64,000 nt of DNA from Lepidodermella squamata (Eukaryota > Animalia > Gastrotricha). The position numbers and the translations under genes are program-made. The notes beneath the pieces were generated by a model. The model worked only from the letters and a program-made list of their open reading frames with translations, was not told where the DNA came from and made no database searches. The stretch covers positions 3,720,001-3,784,000 of the forward strand of contig JBLDXI010000003.1 of NCBI GenBank assembly GCA_047495785.1, given 5' to 3'. This document shows, one piece after another, positions 1-12,688 of the stretch (positions within the stretch are counted from its first letter, which is position 1; each line of letters opens with the position of its first letter).

Positions 1-377
1 TGTCCATCACAACCAGTTGCATTGTACTTGAAATTATTCCCTCCGACCAACTGATGTTTATTCCGGCAACAAGCAGGTGATGACATGAAGAGTTTGCTAT
101 TGTTATCATCAGCGCTGTTAATTCCGCTGGTCGTTGCTTCTGAGGACGACGAAAGCGACGGGCTGTTGTCATCAACGCTGGGTTTAATCATTGATGGCAG
201 ATAAATTGTCGTCATTGATAGCAGCCTCGATGATTTCATTGTTCCATGATGAGCTCCTCGTAATTGGCAGCAATTATCAGACAGATTATCTTCGGAACTT
301 GTTATTAGAACGTCTCGCTTGATTCCACTTGAAGTGCTCGCGCCTTCATCGGCCTCCATAATAATTTGCTGAGACAT
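1..377 (-). CDS. 5' coding exon of an unidentified gene, truncated by the window edge
   Basis: ATG at 377 opens a frame with no stop up to base 1 (MSQQIIMEADEGASTSSGIKRDV...; Ser/Asn-rich). A pyrimidine-rich tag acceptor lies just upstream. No recognisable domain. Confidence 0.55.
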   Translation of the reverse strand, partial: MSQQIIMEADEGASTSSGIKRDVLITSSEDNLSDNCCQLRGAHHGTMKSSRLLSMTTIYLPSMIKPSVDDNSPSLSSSSEATTSGINSADDNNSKLFMSSPACCRNKHQLVGGNNFKYNATGCDG

Positions 378-1159
378 TTCAAAATTCGCTAGATTTAAAT
401 AAATAAATAATAAATAAATAAAAAATTGATCAATAATTATTAGAATTTTGCAAATTCAACTATTTCACTTAAAACCAGTGCTCCAATAATTGCTTTGCCC
501 TACATTCACGAGCTAAAATAATGAATCAGCCACATCTCGTCCCAACTTGAGGAAAATGAATCGATAAATGGCTAGACCATATGCTGGAGTAGCTTAACCG
601 GGGCTTACCAGTTCCGTCAAGGATTAGGGTGAGATTGTGTAAATAAGGCTGAATTATTGTTTTATTTCGTTTCGGAGGCTGAAGAAAGAAATTGTTTAGT
701 CGTTGGATAAAGGAAAAAAAACCGAAAAATTGAATGATAGCGTACTTTCGATTTCTACAAACTTAAAAAAAATCACTCGAAAACATGGACCACTGACCAA
801 TCGATTCCAAGAAAATGACTGCCCTGAGGCACCAGTACAGCGCGGATGGTTTTAACTGAACTGAAGATAGAAAATTGGAAAATTTCCATATAAACAGTAA
901 TAGCGGCGATCGATTTGAAAATTAGCATTAAATCCCCGCCACTCTTTATCTCACTTTATCCGTCTCATTTATTAGTTTTCAAAAAACAGCAAAATTTAAG
1001 TGAAAATTGCGTGCAGTTGAAACTCCACGCCATTATTGTACAATTTTATTGCGATAAATATTATTTACGGTCAGGTATGAATGCAACTCATTTGATGTTT
1101 TTCCATGAACACAAATAATAGTGTAATAAACAAATTTTAATTGCAATTGAAATTATTTT

Positions 1160-3500
1160 TTATTGCTTGTATTGACCCTCAGTGGCCTCCTCGAAGCGCT
1201 CGAATATCGCTTTAAGATTAGCGAAATCAGTCCGCTGCTCTGGGTCGCGGTGCCAGCACAGTTTGATGACGTTGTAGAGCGATTCTGGACATAGCGTTTT
1301 ATCCATAGCCTGGCACTCCGCCAGCGACATGACGACGCCGTTCAAAATTGCCCGTTGAGCGTCTGTATTCGATCGAATCGATGGGTAAGGCACGTTGCCG
1401 AGTGACACTACTTCGAAAGCTATGATTCCGAAGGACCATACGTCAGATTTGAGGGAGAATTGCAAACTGGCTAGAGCTTCGGGCGCTGTCCATCGAATGG
1501 GCAGTAGGCGGCTTGTTGACTCATAAATTCCCTCCGGCACGATTCGAGATAAGCCGAAATCAGCAATTTTGACCTCTAAGCTTCCATTACCGACTTCGTG
1601 GACAAGGACATTGTCGGCTCTCTGATTGAAAAAAAAATGAAAAAATCTCTAAAATTAATATAAATCGTACCAAATCTCTATGAATGAAATTTTTCAATTC
1701 GAGATAAGCCATTCCAGATGCTATTTGCCGTAGAATGTAAATGATAGTTTCGAACTCGATTGTCCGCCGTTTTTCCGGCGTTGTGACGTATTTTTTCAAC
1801 GAGCCGCCGTTCATGAATTCGGATACGAGGCAGAACGGCGGTTGATCCACGCAAACGGCAATTAGCTTCACGATATTATCATGGAAAAGCCGGGCCATAA
1901 CCAGGCCTTCGTCCAAAATTTGATCGGGTGATATGGCTTCGTCGTCCGGGTCGCATTCAGGGAAAATTAGCTCCTTAATTGCTACATCGAGATGCTTCAA
2001 CTTCCCTAAAAACGGAGGGATTCAAAAATTTATTGAAAAAATTGAAAATTTAACTCACCTTTATAAACATTTCCGAACTTTCCATTTCCTAATTTATCAA
2101 AATATTCAATGCTTGATTTCGGAATTTTGATGTCTTCAATTGTGAGCGGGTGGGCGGAATCGTCGGGTGGTAAAAATCCGGATGTTAAAATAACATCCCT
2201 TTGAATCGGATTAGCTAATAAAAAGAAATTAAAATTTCAAATTTCAAAAGCAATGAATAAAATACCTCGATAATAATTGACTAAGCTTTGAACATCTTCA
2301 AATGTTTTTGCGGGATATATGAAGCAACCGTAGCCGTCCGTCAAGAAATAAATCTGGCATAAATTTCAAAATTTTGCAAAAGGAAAAATTATGAAAATTT
2401 TACTTTAAATTTGGCAAGAGAAGGCACTCCATTTTCAACGCCGGCTCTGACAGATAAAGCGATACAGTTCTCTGCAGAACTGTCAGCACTAGGCCGCATT
2501 AAAAATACACCGTTCGCGACATTCGGCCGCATCAGCATTATCGATGCTGATCGTTTATCGGCTGTGGCATAAAAATAACTAAAAAATAATTTGATTAATA
2601 AAAACGATTGATTTTTCGATATTTTGTTACCTCTGATGACGTGCGGCTGATGGGCTAGAGTATCGGTCCTCTTCTTCGAGGCAAACTAAGGGAGCTAGAC
2701 CGACTTCACTTGTAGTCTGGTTTCGGACATAAGCGTACTGATCAGGTAGCTCGCCGCCGCTGTAACCAAATTTTTATTCAATTTAATTAAATAAAAAATA
2801 ACTTACTATTCAACTGATTCGAGAATATCTCCGGCACTGAACGATACTTCGTTTGTGATTCGCTTATCAAAATCGCGAACTGCGACGTAGCCCTGCAATA
2901 TTTCCATCTCTGATTGAAAACAGAGATAATAATTATTTTGATTTAATTTTTGGAATAATTACTTCTCCGAGTTTCAGCCGGAGCTGCTGTGGTGATGAAG
3001 GGTGTCGACTGCTGGCCCGGGCGTTGGGTGACTCGAAGTAAACACCGGATTTGGTACTTTGAATTCGGTTCCAGCTCAGCGGTCACCAGCCGGTACTTGG
3101 CCGCACTTTCCTCGTGCGCAACATTTCGCCACGCTGTTGCGCCATTTTGCCGCACTTGAACCGCGGTTATTTCGAACTTGGCCGGCTGCGGGCGGAACTG
3201 CACGTAAATGTCAACCATGTGAAATCGGACGGAAATTTTAAGCGACGCTGTGATTTGCTGTGACAGATTGGGCGAAGAATTCGCGGATGCTGAAGCAGCA
3301 GCCATTGAAACTCTGTTGTGCGAAGCCGCTGATGAACTGTTCGCCTTTAATAACACCCCATGACCAGACACCTCATCGCTGAAAAATGACTCCGATGCCA
3401 TTGAAACAGATGGCTGGGGTTGAACTTTCATTGGACTCGGCATAACATCCACCGGTCGCTTTTTACTCGACCCGCTAAGCTTGCCTATACAGCTTCCCAT
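1160..3500 (-). CDS. Src-like non-receptor tyrosine kinase 1 (myristoyl-FN3-SH3-SH2-kinase), multi-exon
   Basis: N-terminus MGSCIG; FN3-like exon (..ELEPNSKYQIR..); SH3 (YVAVRDFDK..VSFSAGD..GLAP); SH2 (FLMRPS); kinase motifs GNGKFG, VAIK, HRDL/RADN, DFG, PIRWTAPE, SDVWSFG; C-tail EATEGQYKQ resembling the Src Y527 region. Exons join in phase at GT-AG sites. Confidence 0.92.
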
Positions 3501-3921
3501 TCTATTTTGAAAATAATCAGGTCATTTCTATAAAAATGAAAGTAGCCGATCGCTTTATTGCTGGCAATTAAATTTAGATGGACGTATAACAAGTAGCTGG
3601 AGATATCTCTCAAGTCAGTTCTCGATTAGGGACAGCATTGGCTATAACGAAAGGGTGTAACTATAAAAATGTTGTGCTGACGTGAAAATGCGGGCTATCT
3701 GGCATTTTTCGTGAGATAATTGATACGCGAGATAAAGGTGGGCGACCTTGGAGTTACGCCCCCATTTGCGTAGAAATTCTAGTGATAACATAAAAATTAC
3801 AGAAAACTCTGCATTAAAATATGTTATTTTTATTCATTTTTCCCCAATGATGCGAGCAAAGCAGATCAAGTGTAAATAATAACATTTTCATTAAAACATA
3901 ATAACATCAACAGATGAATAC

Positions 3922-6900
3922 TCAGGTTGTGTAATTTGAAGCTGATTCATAATTATCCAAGAAATCGCTAAGAAATGCAAAAGTCGGACGGTCATCCGGG
4001 TCCTTTATCCAGCATCGCGAAATTTCACGAAATAGAGACTCCGGACATAGGTCCTCAATAGGCCGTTGCCTAGGCAACGAAACAACTCGTCGGTTGTTTC
4101 GACAATCGTCAATTGATATCCGGCCACCCGATTGAATAAACGGAAAAATATCGTCGTTTGCTTTTCCTGAAAAAAAAACAAATTTTAAGATGGTTTTGCA
4201 AATATTTCTCTGCTAAAATTGTGATCTAGTTGCAATTTCAGCATTTTCCTTTCTTGATCAATTTTTCCTTAAAGATGCTCCCTAATCCCAAATATAAGGC
4301 CAATTTTCCTCTTACCTCTTACCCTTGCCCTTTTAAAACTTAATACAGTGCTCCCTCGTTAAAGGCACCCTTGTTATACCGTAGTGTGGGGTTACTTGGC
4401 CGGAAAAGCAGTTTTTGGCGTCTCAAAACGAGCTTTTATCGTAAACCCCCCGCAAATTTAATATCAGCAGATTCCTCGTTTGATGATCTAGCGATAGCCG
4501 CAAACCCCGTCAAACACCGATGCACCTGGTCGGTTTTATCAGGGTTTGAAGCATCGGGTCCAAGTGGGGCAACTTGGCCGGAGCGCGGGATAACTTGGCC
4601 GCATGGCTATTTCACTTGGCGATGAACCATCTGACAGAAACTAGGGCGATGATTCATCACGCCCTCTCGTGTCCAGGCCAAATTTTAGTGCGCATTTCGC
4701 ACGTTAAAAATCGGCCAAGTTACCCCACAAACTTCAAGTGCTCACTGCTCGTGTTTCCGCCAACAGATTTTCAAGTTTGAGGTGTATTTTGAAAGATCTC
4801 AACGAGAGGATTCCGAATCTGAAAACAGCGTCGTCTGAAACTTCCTCAATGGCGAGATTTTCAATGCCAAAGTTTCAAAGATCAAAATCGATCAGTTATT
4901 ATCGATTATCGATTTTGATTCGTCAACAATTTTAAAATTCGAAAAAGTGCTCAATGTAGCCCAAGTGCCACAGATGGACTCAATGGAAAAAAACGCGGAG
5001 AAAAGATTTGATTTAGCTGTGATATCGATGGTGAATCGACTTTTCCGGCCAAATTACCCCCCGGTCAAGATACCCCACACTACGGTAAGACCGTTTCTTT
5101 ATCGAGGGCTGTTTACGATCGGAAGAGGATTAGCGCCCCACATGGTGCCAATTTTTTGCTTTTTCGTAATAAATGTACGGCACCCTTGTTAAAAGCACCC
5201 CTTGTTTAAAGAACGGGTCTGGCTCCCAACCCAGTGCTTTTATCGAGGGAGCACTGTATATCGGGAAAATCACTGATTTGTAAAATCGATATCAGAAATC
5301 GATATCAGCTTTAGACTAACTCGCAAAAACTGACCATTAATACAGAAAAAAAATTCGTGTAATAGTGGGACCTATCAGTTAGTTATCCTAATTAAGAAAC
5401 CTTAATCAGCTAAACCTAAAAATTCATTTTTCAAAAAATTTAGAGCAAGATCTTCAAATTTAGTGCTGGATATCCCCAAAATTAGAGCGCGCACATTTGC
5501 AAATTATTTATTTTATACCTTTATAAGGTAGACCGCCCAAAGTGAAAACCTCATATGCCAGAATGCCGAAAGACCAAACGTCGCTTTTGAAAGAGAAGAT
5601 GCGATGAAAAGCTGCCTCGGGCGCCGTCCATCGAATCGGGACAAGCGTATCCGGACCCGACCTGTGAACCATTTCATTATCCCGCAATTTCGTCGTCAAG
5701 CCGAAATCGGTAATTTTGATCTCGAGTTGGTCATTTTCATCGTGGACTAACACATTCGCTGCTCGTAGATCGCGATGTATGACGCTTTTTTTCTCGAGAT
5801 AGGCCATTCCAGCTGCGACTTGGCTCAGAATGAAAACAGCGTCGAGCATTTGAATTTCGACAACGGCCGCGTCATCTTTCAGCCAACTCTGCAGCGACCC
5901 GCGGTTCATGAGTTCGGAAATCAGGAGGTAAGGTTCAGCGTCCAGGCTGACCCCAATCAATTTGACAAGGTTCTCGTGAAACAACTCCGCCATCCTCCTA
6001 GCTTCATCTAGCAGCTCTTCCCGGTTGCCAAGCACCGACCCAGTTCCACTGGTATCAGTCAGCAGCTTTTTAACAGCGACTTCTAGGTTATTCAATTTCG
6101 CCCTGTATACCTCTCCGAAATTTCCATGGCCTATTTTGTTCAGGAGCGTGATTTGAGACGATGGTATCTTAAGTTCATTAATGTCAAGTGGAGGCTCAGG
6201 TGTACGCGGAAAGGATTTCGTTAGCATAATTTGTCGATTTGCCGAAATATTATTTTCTGTAATTAAATTCAAATGATTAATTATAAGAATTAATTTCAAG
6301 AAATTCGTCAACTTTGAAAATGGTCGATAAGCAGAGTAACATCTTCAAAGATGCGCGTCGGTATGTTCAGGTAACACCCGAATCCATCGGGCATAAGGAA
6401 AATTTTAAAATGTTCCACCAGTGGAACGCCGTTTCGATTCATGCCTAGTCTGACTGTTAGGGCCATGAAATCAGGGCTATGCGATGGCCGGATGAGGAAG
6501 CGGCCCTTTTCAACATTCGGCCGTATCATCCGAACCTCTGCCTTGCGGCGATTCACGTTTTCAAAATAGCAACTGAAAATTAATTATGAAAAATTGGTAT
6601 AAAAAATTGCAAAAAATTACTCTTGATTTGCTATCAAAGCTGGCCGATCTCCCGTTGGATTCCGGGTGCAAGTAACCAAGGGAACGTAGCCAAATAGGCC
6701 AGTTCGAGCATTTTTGGCGTAAATAAAACCGTCGGCAACAGTTTTCGGCTGGACACTGGAAAATTAACAGATAATTACAACTAAATATTTACCTAATTTC
6801 CTACCTTGAATCTTCTAATAAATTATCACCAGTAATTGTTGATAATTCGTGTAAAACTCTTTTAGTGAAATCAATCGTGGCAGTATAGCTTTTTATCGTC

Positions 6901-7428
6901 GACATGGCTGGAAATAAAATTTCAAGATTTATTTTCAAATTAATTTAAAAAGAATTGAAATTCCTAACGTTTTGATGTTGTAATAGATTGCATTGGCGAC
7001 TCGGCGAAAATTGAACCGTCAGCTTCACCGCTTATTCTAGCTAGTACTTGATATTCAGTTCGAGGTTTGAGGTTCTGAATCGTGGTCACTCGGCCAGGGC
7101 ATTCTTTAGCAGCCCGAATTTCCTCACGCGGAATTTGCGTCCACTCGACCTCTTCGCCGCTAGGCATTATTCGATAGAAAATAACGTAGCGGCTTCTCGG
7201 CGGCATTTTTCCGAGATTTCCATTGTCCATCGGCCTCACGTATACGTCGATCATGTCGAATCTGGCGGATAGAAATAGCTCGAGAACGATATTGGTCTTG
7301 CTGGTCGGGGTGCGAGATCGATTGGCAATCGGTGTCGGAATTTCCAAAGGAATTTCATCATTTTTAAGTTTTTGATCCGAATTTTCAACGATCGAGGGCT
7401 GCTTTGGTGAGCTGAAGCAAGAACCCAT
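3922..7428 (-). CDS. Src-like non-receptor tyrosine kinase 2 (myristoyl-FN3-SH3-SH2-kinase)
   Basis: MGSCFS start; FN3 (IQNLKPRTEYQVLA); SH2 FLIRPS; GHGNFG, VAVK, HRDLRAAN, DFG, PIRWTAPE. The last exon 4166-3922 (GKANDD..LCPESLF..CW..DPDDRPTF..NYTT*) follows a 1.35-kb intron (4167-5518). Confidence 0.92.
4346..5256. mobile_element. Tc1/mariner-type MITE (outer) in the last intron of kinase 2
   Basis: TIRs cagtgctccctcgttaaaggcac / gtgcttttatcgagggagcactg; TA on both flanks (4344-45, 5257-58). Confidence 0.85.
4379..5085. mobile_element. CCGTA-ended MITE nested in the outer MITE
   Basis: TIRs ccgtagtgtggggttacttggccgg / ccggtcaagataccccacactacgg; TA on both flanks. Confidence 0.85.
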
Positions 7429-7746
7429 TTTCCGGCTGAAGTAAATTGCTAGATTTGCATGTATTTACAAACCGGTACCTAATAGTCCAAATAATATGCC
7501 ACCCACTTTTAGAGATAAAACTGCCTAGTCCACCCATTTAATTAAGGTAATTCCTTATCGCAGACTGACTCTTCAGAGATTAGGTATATTAACAATTGTA
7601 CTAAAAGACATAAGTTTTTTTGTTAACTGGGTATGAATCATCCAAGTCGATTATCCGGATAGCCAAAATTGGAGGAGATTCGTCCTAATAACTGAGAATG
7701 ATCGCAGTTATGACGGAAATTGGGCAAAGTTCGCCGTATTAGCATA

Positions 7747-8109
7747 CATCGTGTCCCATAAGCTCCACAACCGTATTTGGAATTTTGGGATTTTTTTCAG
7801 GAATTTAAACTGATTTTTTGAATGTTCACTGCGGGAATCCTCCATTCTTTATGCATGAGTTTACCGAAGAAATTGAAAAGCCATGAAAACCCCGATGGTA
7901 ACTAGTTCGGTAATTTTCGGTATTTACCTGGTTGGATCAAATTTCTTCGGATTTTTTTAATTCCATTCACACTTGATTACTATTCTTCTGGCATTTTAGA
8001 TTTTTCTAAGATTTTTCTTGCCATGAGATATGACTTCCCCTATCATTTAAGATTTTCTGACCCCTTTTCCGTGTATTTCCTTTCTTTGCGTTACTTATGG
8101 GGCACACTG
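7747..8109. mobile_element. MITE, family shared with 62933-63293 and about 61430-61625
   Basis: Imperfect TIRs (catcgtgtcccataag / cttatggggcacactg) with TA flanks. The internal sequence (aaccccgatggtaactagttcggtaattttcgg..., ccttttccgtgtattt) recurs at about 63070-63290. Confidence 0.7.
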
Positions 8110-9207
8110 TATTAAATTAGTAAAAGGGATTCCTAATTCCAAGGGATTCCAAACATGCCACCTCTTACCCTAATACCACCCTAAAATTCGTCAGATCAAA
8201 TTTACCTATAAAACGCAAAAATAATGAAAACTTAGTTGAACTATTTTGATTGATCCTAAATCCTAAATAAATACGGCTACTAAAAAACATTCCTTTCGTT
8301 TATATCCTTAAAAAGCCTTCATACCAATTAAAAAATAATATACGAATATTTTCGAGAAAATGGTATTTTATTTTATCCCTCATCATGTTGACGAATCTCT
8401 GCAAGAAATCTTAACAAAATTAAAAATTCGTTTGATAATCATTTTGGACTTCGAAATTGTCGAAAAACGCAGAAAGTTGGGCGAAAGTCGGCCGAGAATT
8501 CGGATCACGGCTCCAACATGCTGCCATCTTTTCATACAAACCATCAGGGCAGAGTTCTTCGGCCGGCTTGCGGCGTTTTATGGCCTAAAACGCGAATATG
8601 TCGCACCAAACAGCGTTTTGAAAAAGTCATATGATCGGAAAAACCGATATAGATTCTGAAAGCCCTGGTTTCGGGCTACATTAGGAACTTACAATTTTTC
8701 ACTTTCTCAGATGACGTAACACTTATTACGTCATGTCAAAATACTACCTAACAGGCGTGCCAAAAAAGTGTTTAGAGCAAATTTTGCCACTTGATTGCGA
8801 GCAAAGTGTAACAGCTGGGCTTTTATCGTTTTGCAAGTGTGTGAAGGTTATGTCAACAGAGATTTCCTGAAAATTTCGGCGTCTTTTGACAAACAGATGT
8901 TGCGTAATTGTCAAATATCAAAACGCTGTCAAATGCCATCTGTCGGTGACAAAATTGATCTTCGTTGTAGCCAGCTCTTAGAATCCGTGAGTTATAGGCT
9001 CCAAATATGTTTCTGAAATCCCCAGTGACCATATCTATTTAATTTGACACTTAAAAGCTATGTGGGAGTTCTCCGTATACTAGTAATCAGCGTCACCGAG
9101 GGAGAAAGTTTCTGTCGGTGACGCTATTTTTTTCCTGTCACCGACAGATAAATTAACTATTTTTATGCTGTTTAGTCATTATTTCGGCATTTTATTGAAT
9201 ATTGAGT

Positions 9208-10664
9208 ATGCCAGCAAAAAGCGGAGCTGAAAGGACTGCAAAATGGCGTTCTAATCTCAGTCAAAAACAAAAGGCGGACATTCGAGAACATGATCGACTG
9301 TACCACACCGAAACACGGGCAGCAGAATCGTCCGCTGAGACGGAAAAGCGACGCAAGAAGGACAGGGAGAGTAAAAAAGCTACCTATGATATGAAAAAGG
9401 CAGCTAAAACCGAAGTTGTCGATACACCAGTGGTGGAAGAGCCTGATGAAAGCCATGAAGAAAACAACGACTCGGCTTATTCGAGTCGGCAGCGATTAGG
9501 TCGCGATTATGCAAAACTCTGGAGAGCACTGCCGACAGATCCTTCGAAGCAGCAAGTTCTGGCCATGAAGCTAGCTAAGGACCAAGGTCTCGGCAAGCAA
9601 TTACCTAAGAGGCAATACAAGGGGCGACCGATTACCGAGCAATTGAAGGTATTAATTCAGGAAATATATGAAGAACATTCCCGAGTATCGCCAAATCAAC
9701 GTGACGTTCACAAAAATGGTAAATCGAAAATGTTTATGGACATACCAATTAACGAATTATTTGGTATATTCTGCCGCCGCCACGGCGAAAATTTGATTGG
9801 CAAAACGAAGTTTCAAAAGCTCAGGCCGGAACATGTTATCACGGATGACAAAATACCGGCTAACGTCTGCGTTTGCGTCGTTCACGAAAACGTCAGGCTT
9901 GTCCTGGAAGAGCTTCATCGCGTTGAAAAAGAGTTCCCGATTTCAACTCATGATCTAGTTGCCCAGGTAGAAATGCTTTATCATTACCTATTGGATTCGT
10001 AACACTAATAATTATTTCGATTTAGATTACCTGTGGATCCGAACTCGAGGAAAATTGTGCAAATGGGCTTTGTGAGAACTGCGGAATGGGTCGTTTGCTG
10101 GACTTGGAAGCACGGCTCTTTCCGGATATCAACGCGAGAATGGCTACCATTGTAAATTTCAGAGAATGGAAGGCTGGATCGGAAACATACATTGATAAAA
10201 CAGGTAAAATTATCTTTGTAAATCCCGCCTTTTCACATGTCATTTTTACCTAGGATGTGAAAAAGGAACGTCACGCACGAAAAAGACGCCCGGCTCCTAT
10301 TTCGCGAGCTGGTTCAGTGAAAAGACCGGCAACTGCTGCAGCTAAAAGACCGGCAACTGCTGCAGCTAAAAGACCGGCAACTACTGCATCTAAAAAACCA
10401 GCAACTGCTTCAGCGAAAAGATCAGCAACTGCATCGAAAGTCGACGATTCATTCGACGATTCATCATCTGACGAATCTGACCAAGAACCGCTGACCTATC
10501 TGAAAAGTAAATGTGCCAGGTGCGACATAAGCTGGTCGGAATGGAAAAAACAATCGAAGGAAGGTCAGGAATGGGGCCTTTGCAGCTGGTGCTTCGAATG
10601 GTTCTGCTTTATCTGCTCTCGAAAGGCCAACTCAAAGTTCATCTGCTCGGAATGTCAGGACTAA
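9208..10664 (+). pseudogene. Truncated transposase of the Sola2-like element (N-terminal part plus C-terminal PHD-like finger)
   Basis: Exons 9208-9966, 10026-10203 and 10254-10664. The second junction is out of phase (phase-1 donor, phase-0 acceptor), consistent with deletion of catalytic exons. C-terminus CARC..WGLCSWCFEWFCFIC..FICSEC. Confidence 0.7.
10320..10440 (+). repeat. 24-bp coding tandem repeat (KRPATAAA, about 4 copies)
   Basis: aaaagaccggcaactgctgcagct repeated with decay. Confidence 0.85.
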
Positions 10665-12077
10665 CAATTATTTTGCTGTCACTGCTTTTTTCCCCTCCTT
10701 ATACTCCTATGTATTGATTCTCGAGTTGTTATGTGGTCATTACTAGTAAATATGGCGAAAAAAATCAATTTGAAAATGTCTTTTTAAAACCTCTATCGGT
10801 GACATTTTGCCTCCTCCGTCGGTGACGCAGTTTTTGTACCTCCCTGGCCTAATTTGAAATAAACTCGTCACTTTGTTTATGTTTTTTTATTCCTTGAACC
10901 TGTGCGGAAGTTTTAAAATTCATAAATAATCTTTTAAACCCAAATCTGATTAGGAAATTTAGTTGGAAAAAAATGCGAAAAACAGCAAAAACATTTTTTC
11001 TCCGTCGGTGACGGCCCTATTTTCGACCCACCCTGCAATGGCCTTGAACTCGGTTGAGTCGCGGATAGGCTTAAAACATAGCCCTAAGTGGCATACACAC
11101 GTTATTAGAAGCGCTCAAGAAAATACATCGCCGTTGCCTGTGAAAACTGCCTGATGTGTCGAAAAAAAAGTTAATCTTCTCTGTCGGTAACTCGTGTTTT
11201 AGGCCTTATATCAATTTTACGGAGATTTTTTCGACACTCACTAAGTGCGATTACGCCACCATTTGTCACATACTTGACGACTTCGTCATTTTTCATTTCT
11301 GCAAACATATTGGAAATTACTCAAAAACAAAGAAAAATACTAAATTATCAAAATACCTTGGTATGGCATCCCTCCTAATGTTACGATTTCATAGCACAGG
11401 ATTCCAAAGGCCCAAACGTTTGATTGCGCAGAGAATTCCCGATGTAACAAAGCCTCAGGTGCCATCCATCGGATAGGTGCCAAGGTATTATCGGAAGACA
11501 CGTGTACATCTTCACAAAGGTTTGAGAAGGCGAAATTGCCGATTTTCACTTCTAACTGGCCGCCGTCATCGTGAACCAGCACATTTGCAGCCCTCAAATC
11601 GCGATGTAAAACGTTTTGCTGCTCTAAATGCGCCATCCCAGCCGTGACTTGGCTCATGATGAACAGAACGTCATTGAGTTGAAAGTCGGCAACATTCGAA
11701 TCGTTCTTCAGGTAGCGGAGCAACGATCCGGCGTTCATAAATTCGTAGACGATTTTAATGGGCTCAACGTCGTTGCAAATTGCTATCATCCTGACTAAAT
11801 TATCGTGGTTAAATACAGCCATTAATTCGCGCCTGCGAAATCGCGAAGATTCTTCGTATAGGTCTTTTGGCAATTGTTTAACGGCGACGTCAAAGCCGCA
11901 AAATTTTCCTTCAAATACTCCTCCAGAAATAGGCTTTCCTATAGTAATTTTATCAGACGGTATCAATAACTCTTCCGACCTTGGAGGCGAAGGATTTCGG
12001 GGAAACGGTGCTACTAGGAAGTGATTCGGATGAGTGGCTAGAGAATTAACTGAAAAATCACAACATTCTATCAAGTA

Positions 12078-12688
12078 CCGTATTTCTCGAAAATTTACCG
12101 CGGGCTATATTTATGAACAAATGATTTTTGATTCGGGTTGTATTAGGGAGTGGGGATATATACGGGTGTGCTGTTTAATTGCGAATCATCACAAAAAGCC
12201 GCGAGCAATTCGTATTAAGACGACGTTTTTAGATTGTTTTATTTGTCGATTCAGTGAAAATGCGAGGGAATACTTGCGGTGCCGCTTTCGCTTGTCTTCT
12301 TCGGACACCTGGACGGAATCTTGAAGACGATCAGGAGAGCCAGCCATCATCGATTCCAGAAGGTTAAAACGATTAAGAAGGATATGAAAATGTTAAAATA
12401 AAACTCTGTGTCTCAGCTAGTGAATGCTGAATGGGCATTTTCTGCTGGCTTATGAATGGTGCCAAGATCAGACGTTGCGAAGCTGCTTACGCGATAGCTA
12501 ATCACTGATTACGATAATGCGTCATTAATAAGGCTTTTCTTTTGTTCCAACGCATGCTTCGCCCAAATTAAAATAGCTGTGGTACAATTTCGAGGCCTGG
12601 GTTAAATATGAACAAACGATTTTTTCGTCGGGTTGTATTAGGGAGCGGGGATATATACAGGTGTGTCGTATATTTTCGAGAAATACGG
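12078..12688. mobile_element. CCGTA-ended MITE in a kinase 3 intron
   Basis: TIRs ccgtatttctcgaaaat / attttcgagaaatacgg; TA flanks; internal ~55-bp direct repeat (tcgggttgtattagggag.ggggatatatac.ggtgtg) near both ends. Confidence 0.85.

Larger units (their letters stand above)
8582..11205 (+). mobile_element. Internally deleted Sola2-like DNA transposon (2624 bp)
   Basis: TIRs ggcctaaaacgcga / tcgtgttttaggcc; 4-bp TSD TTAT (8578-81, 11206-09); repeated subterminal gtcggtgac motifs at both ends. The encoded protein has the IGKTKFQKLRPEHV..VCVCVVHEN and C..C..G.C..C motifs that I recall from Sola2 transposase N-termini, and no DDD core. The superfamily call is from memory of these motifs. Confidence 0.75.
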
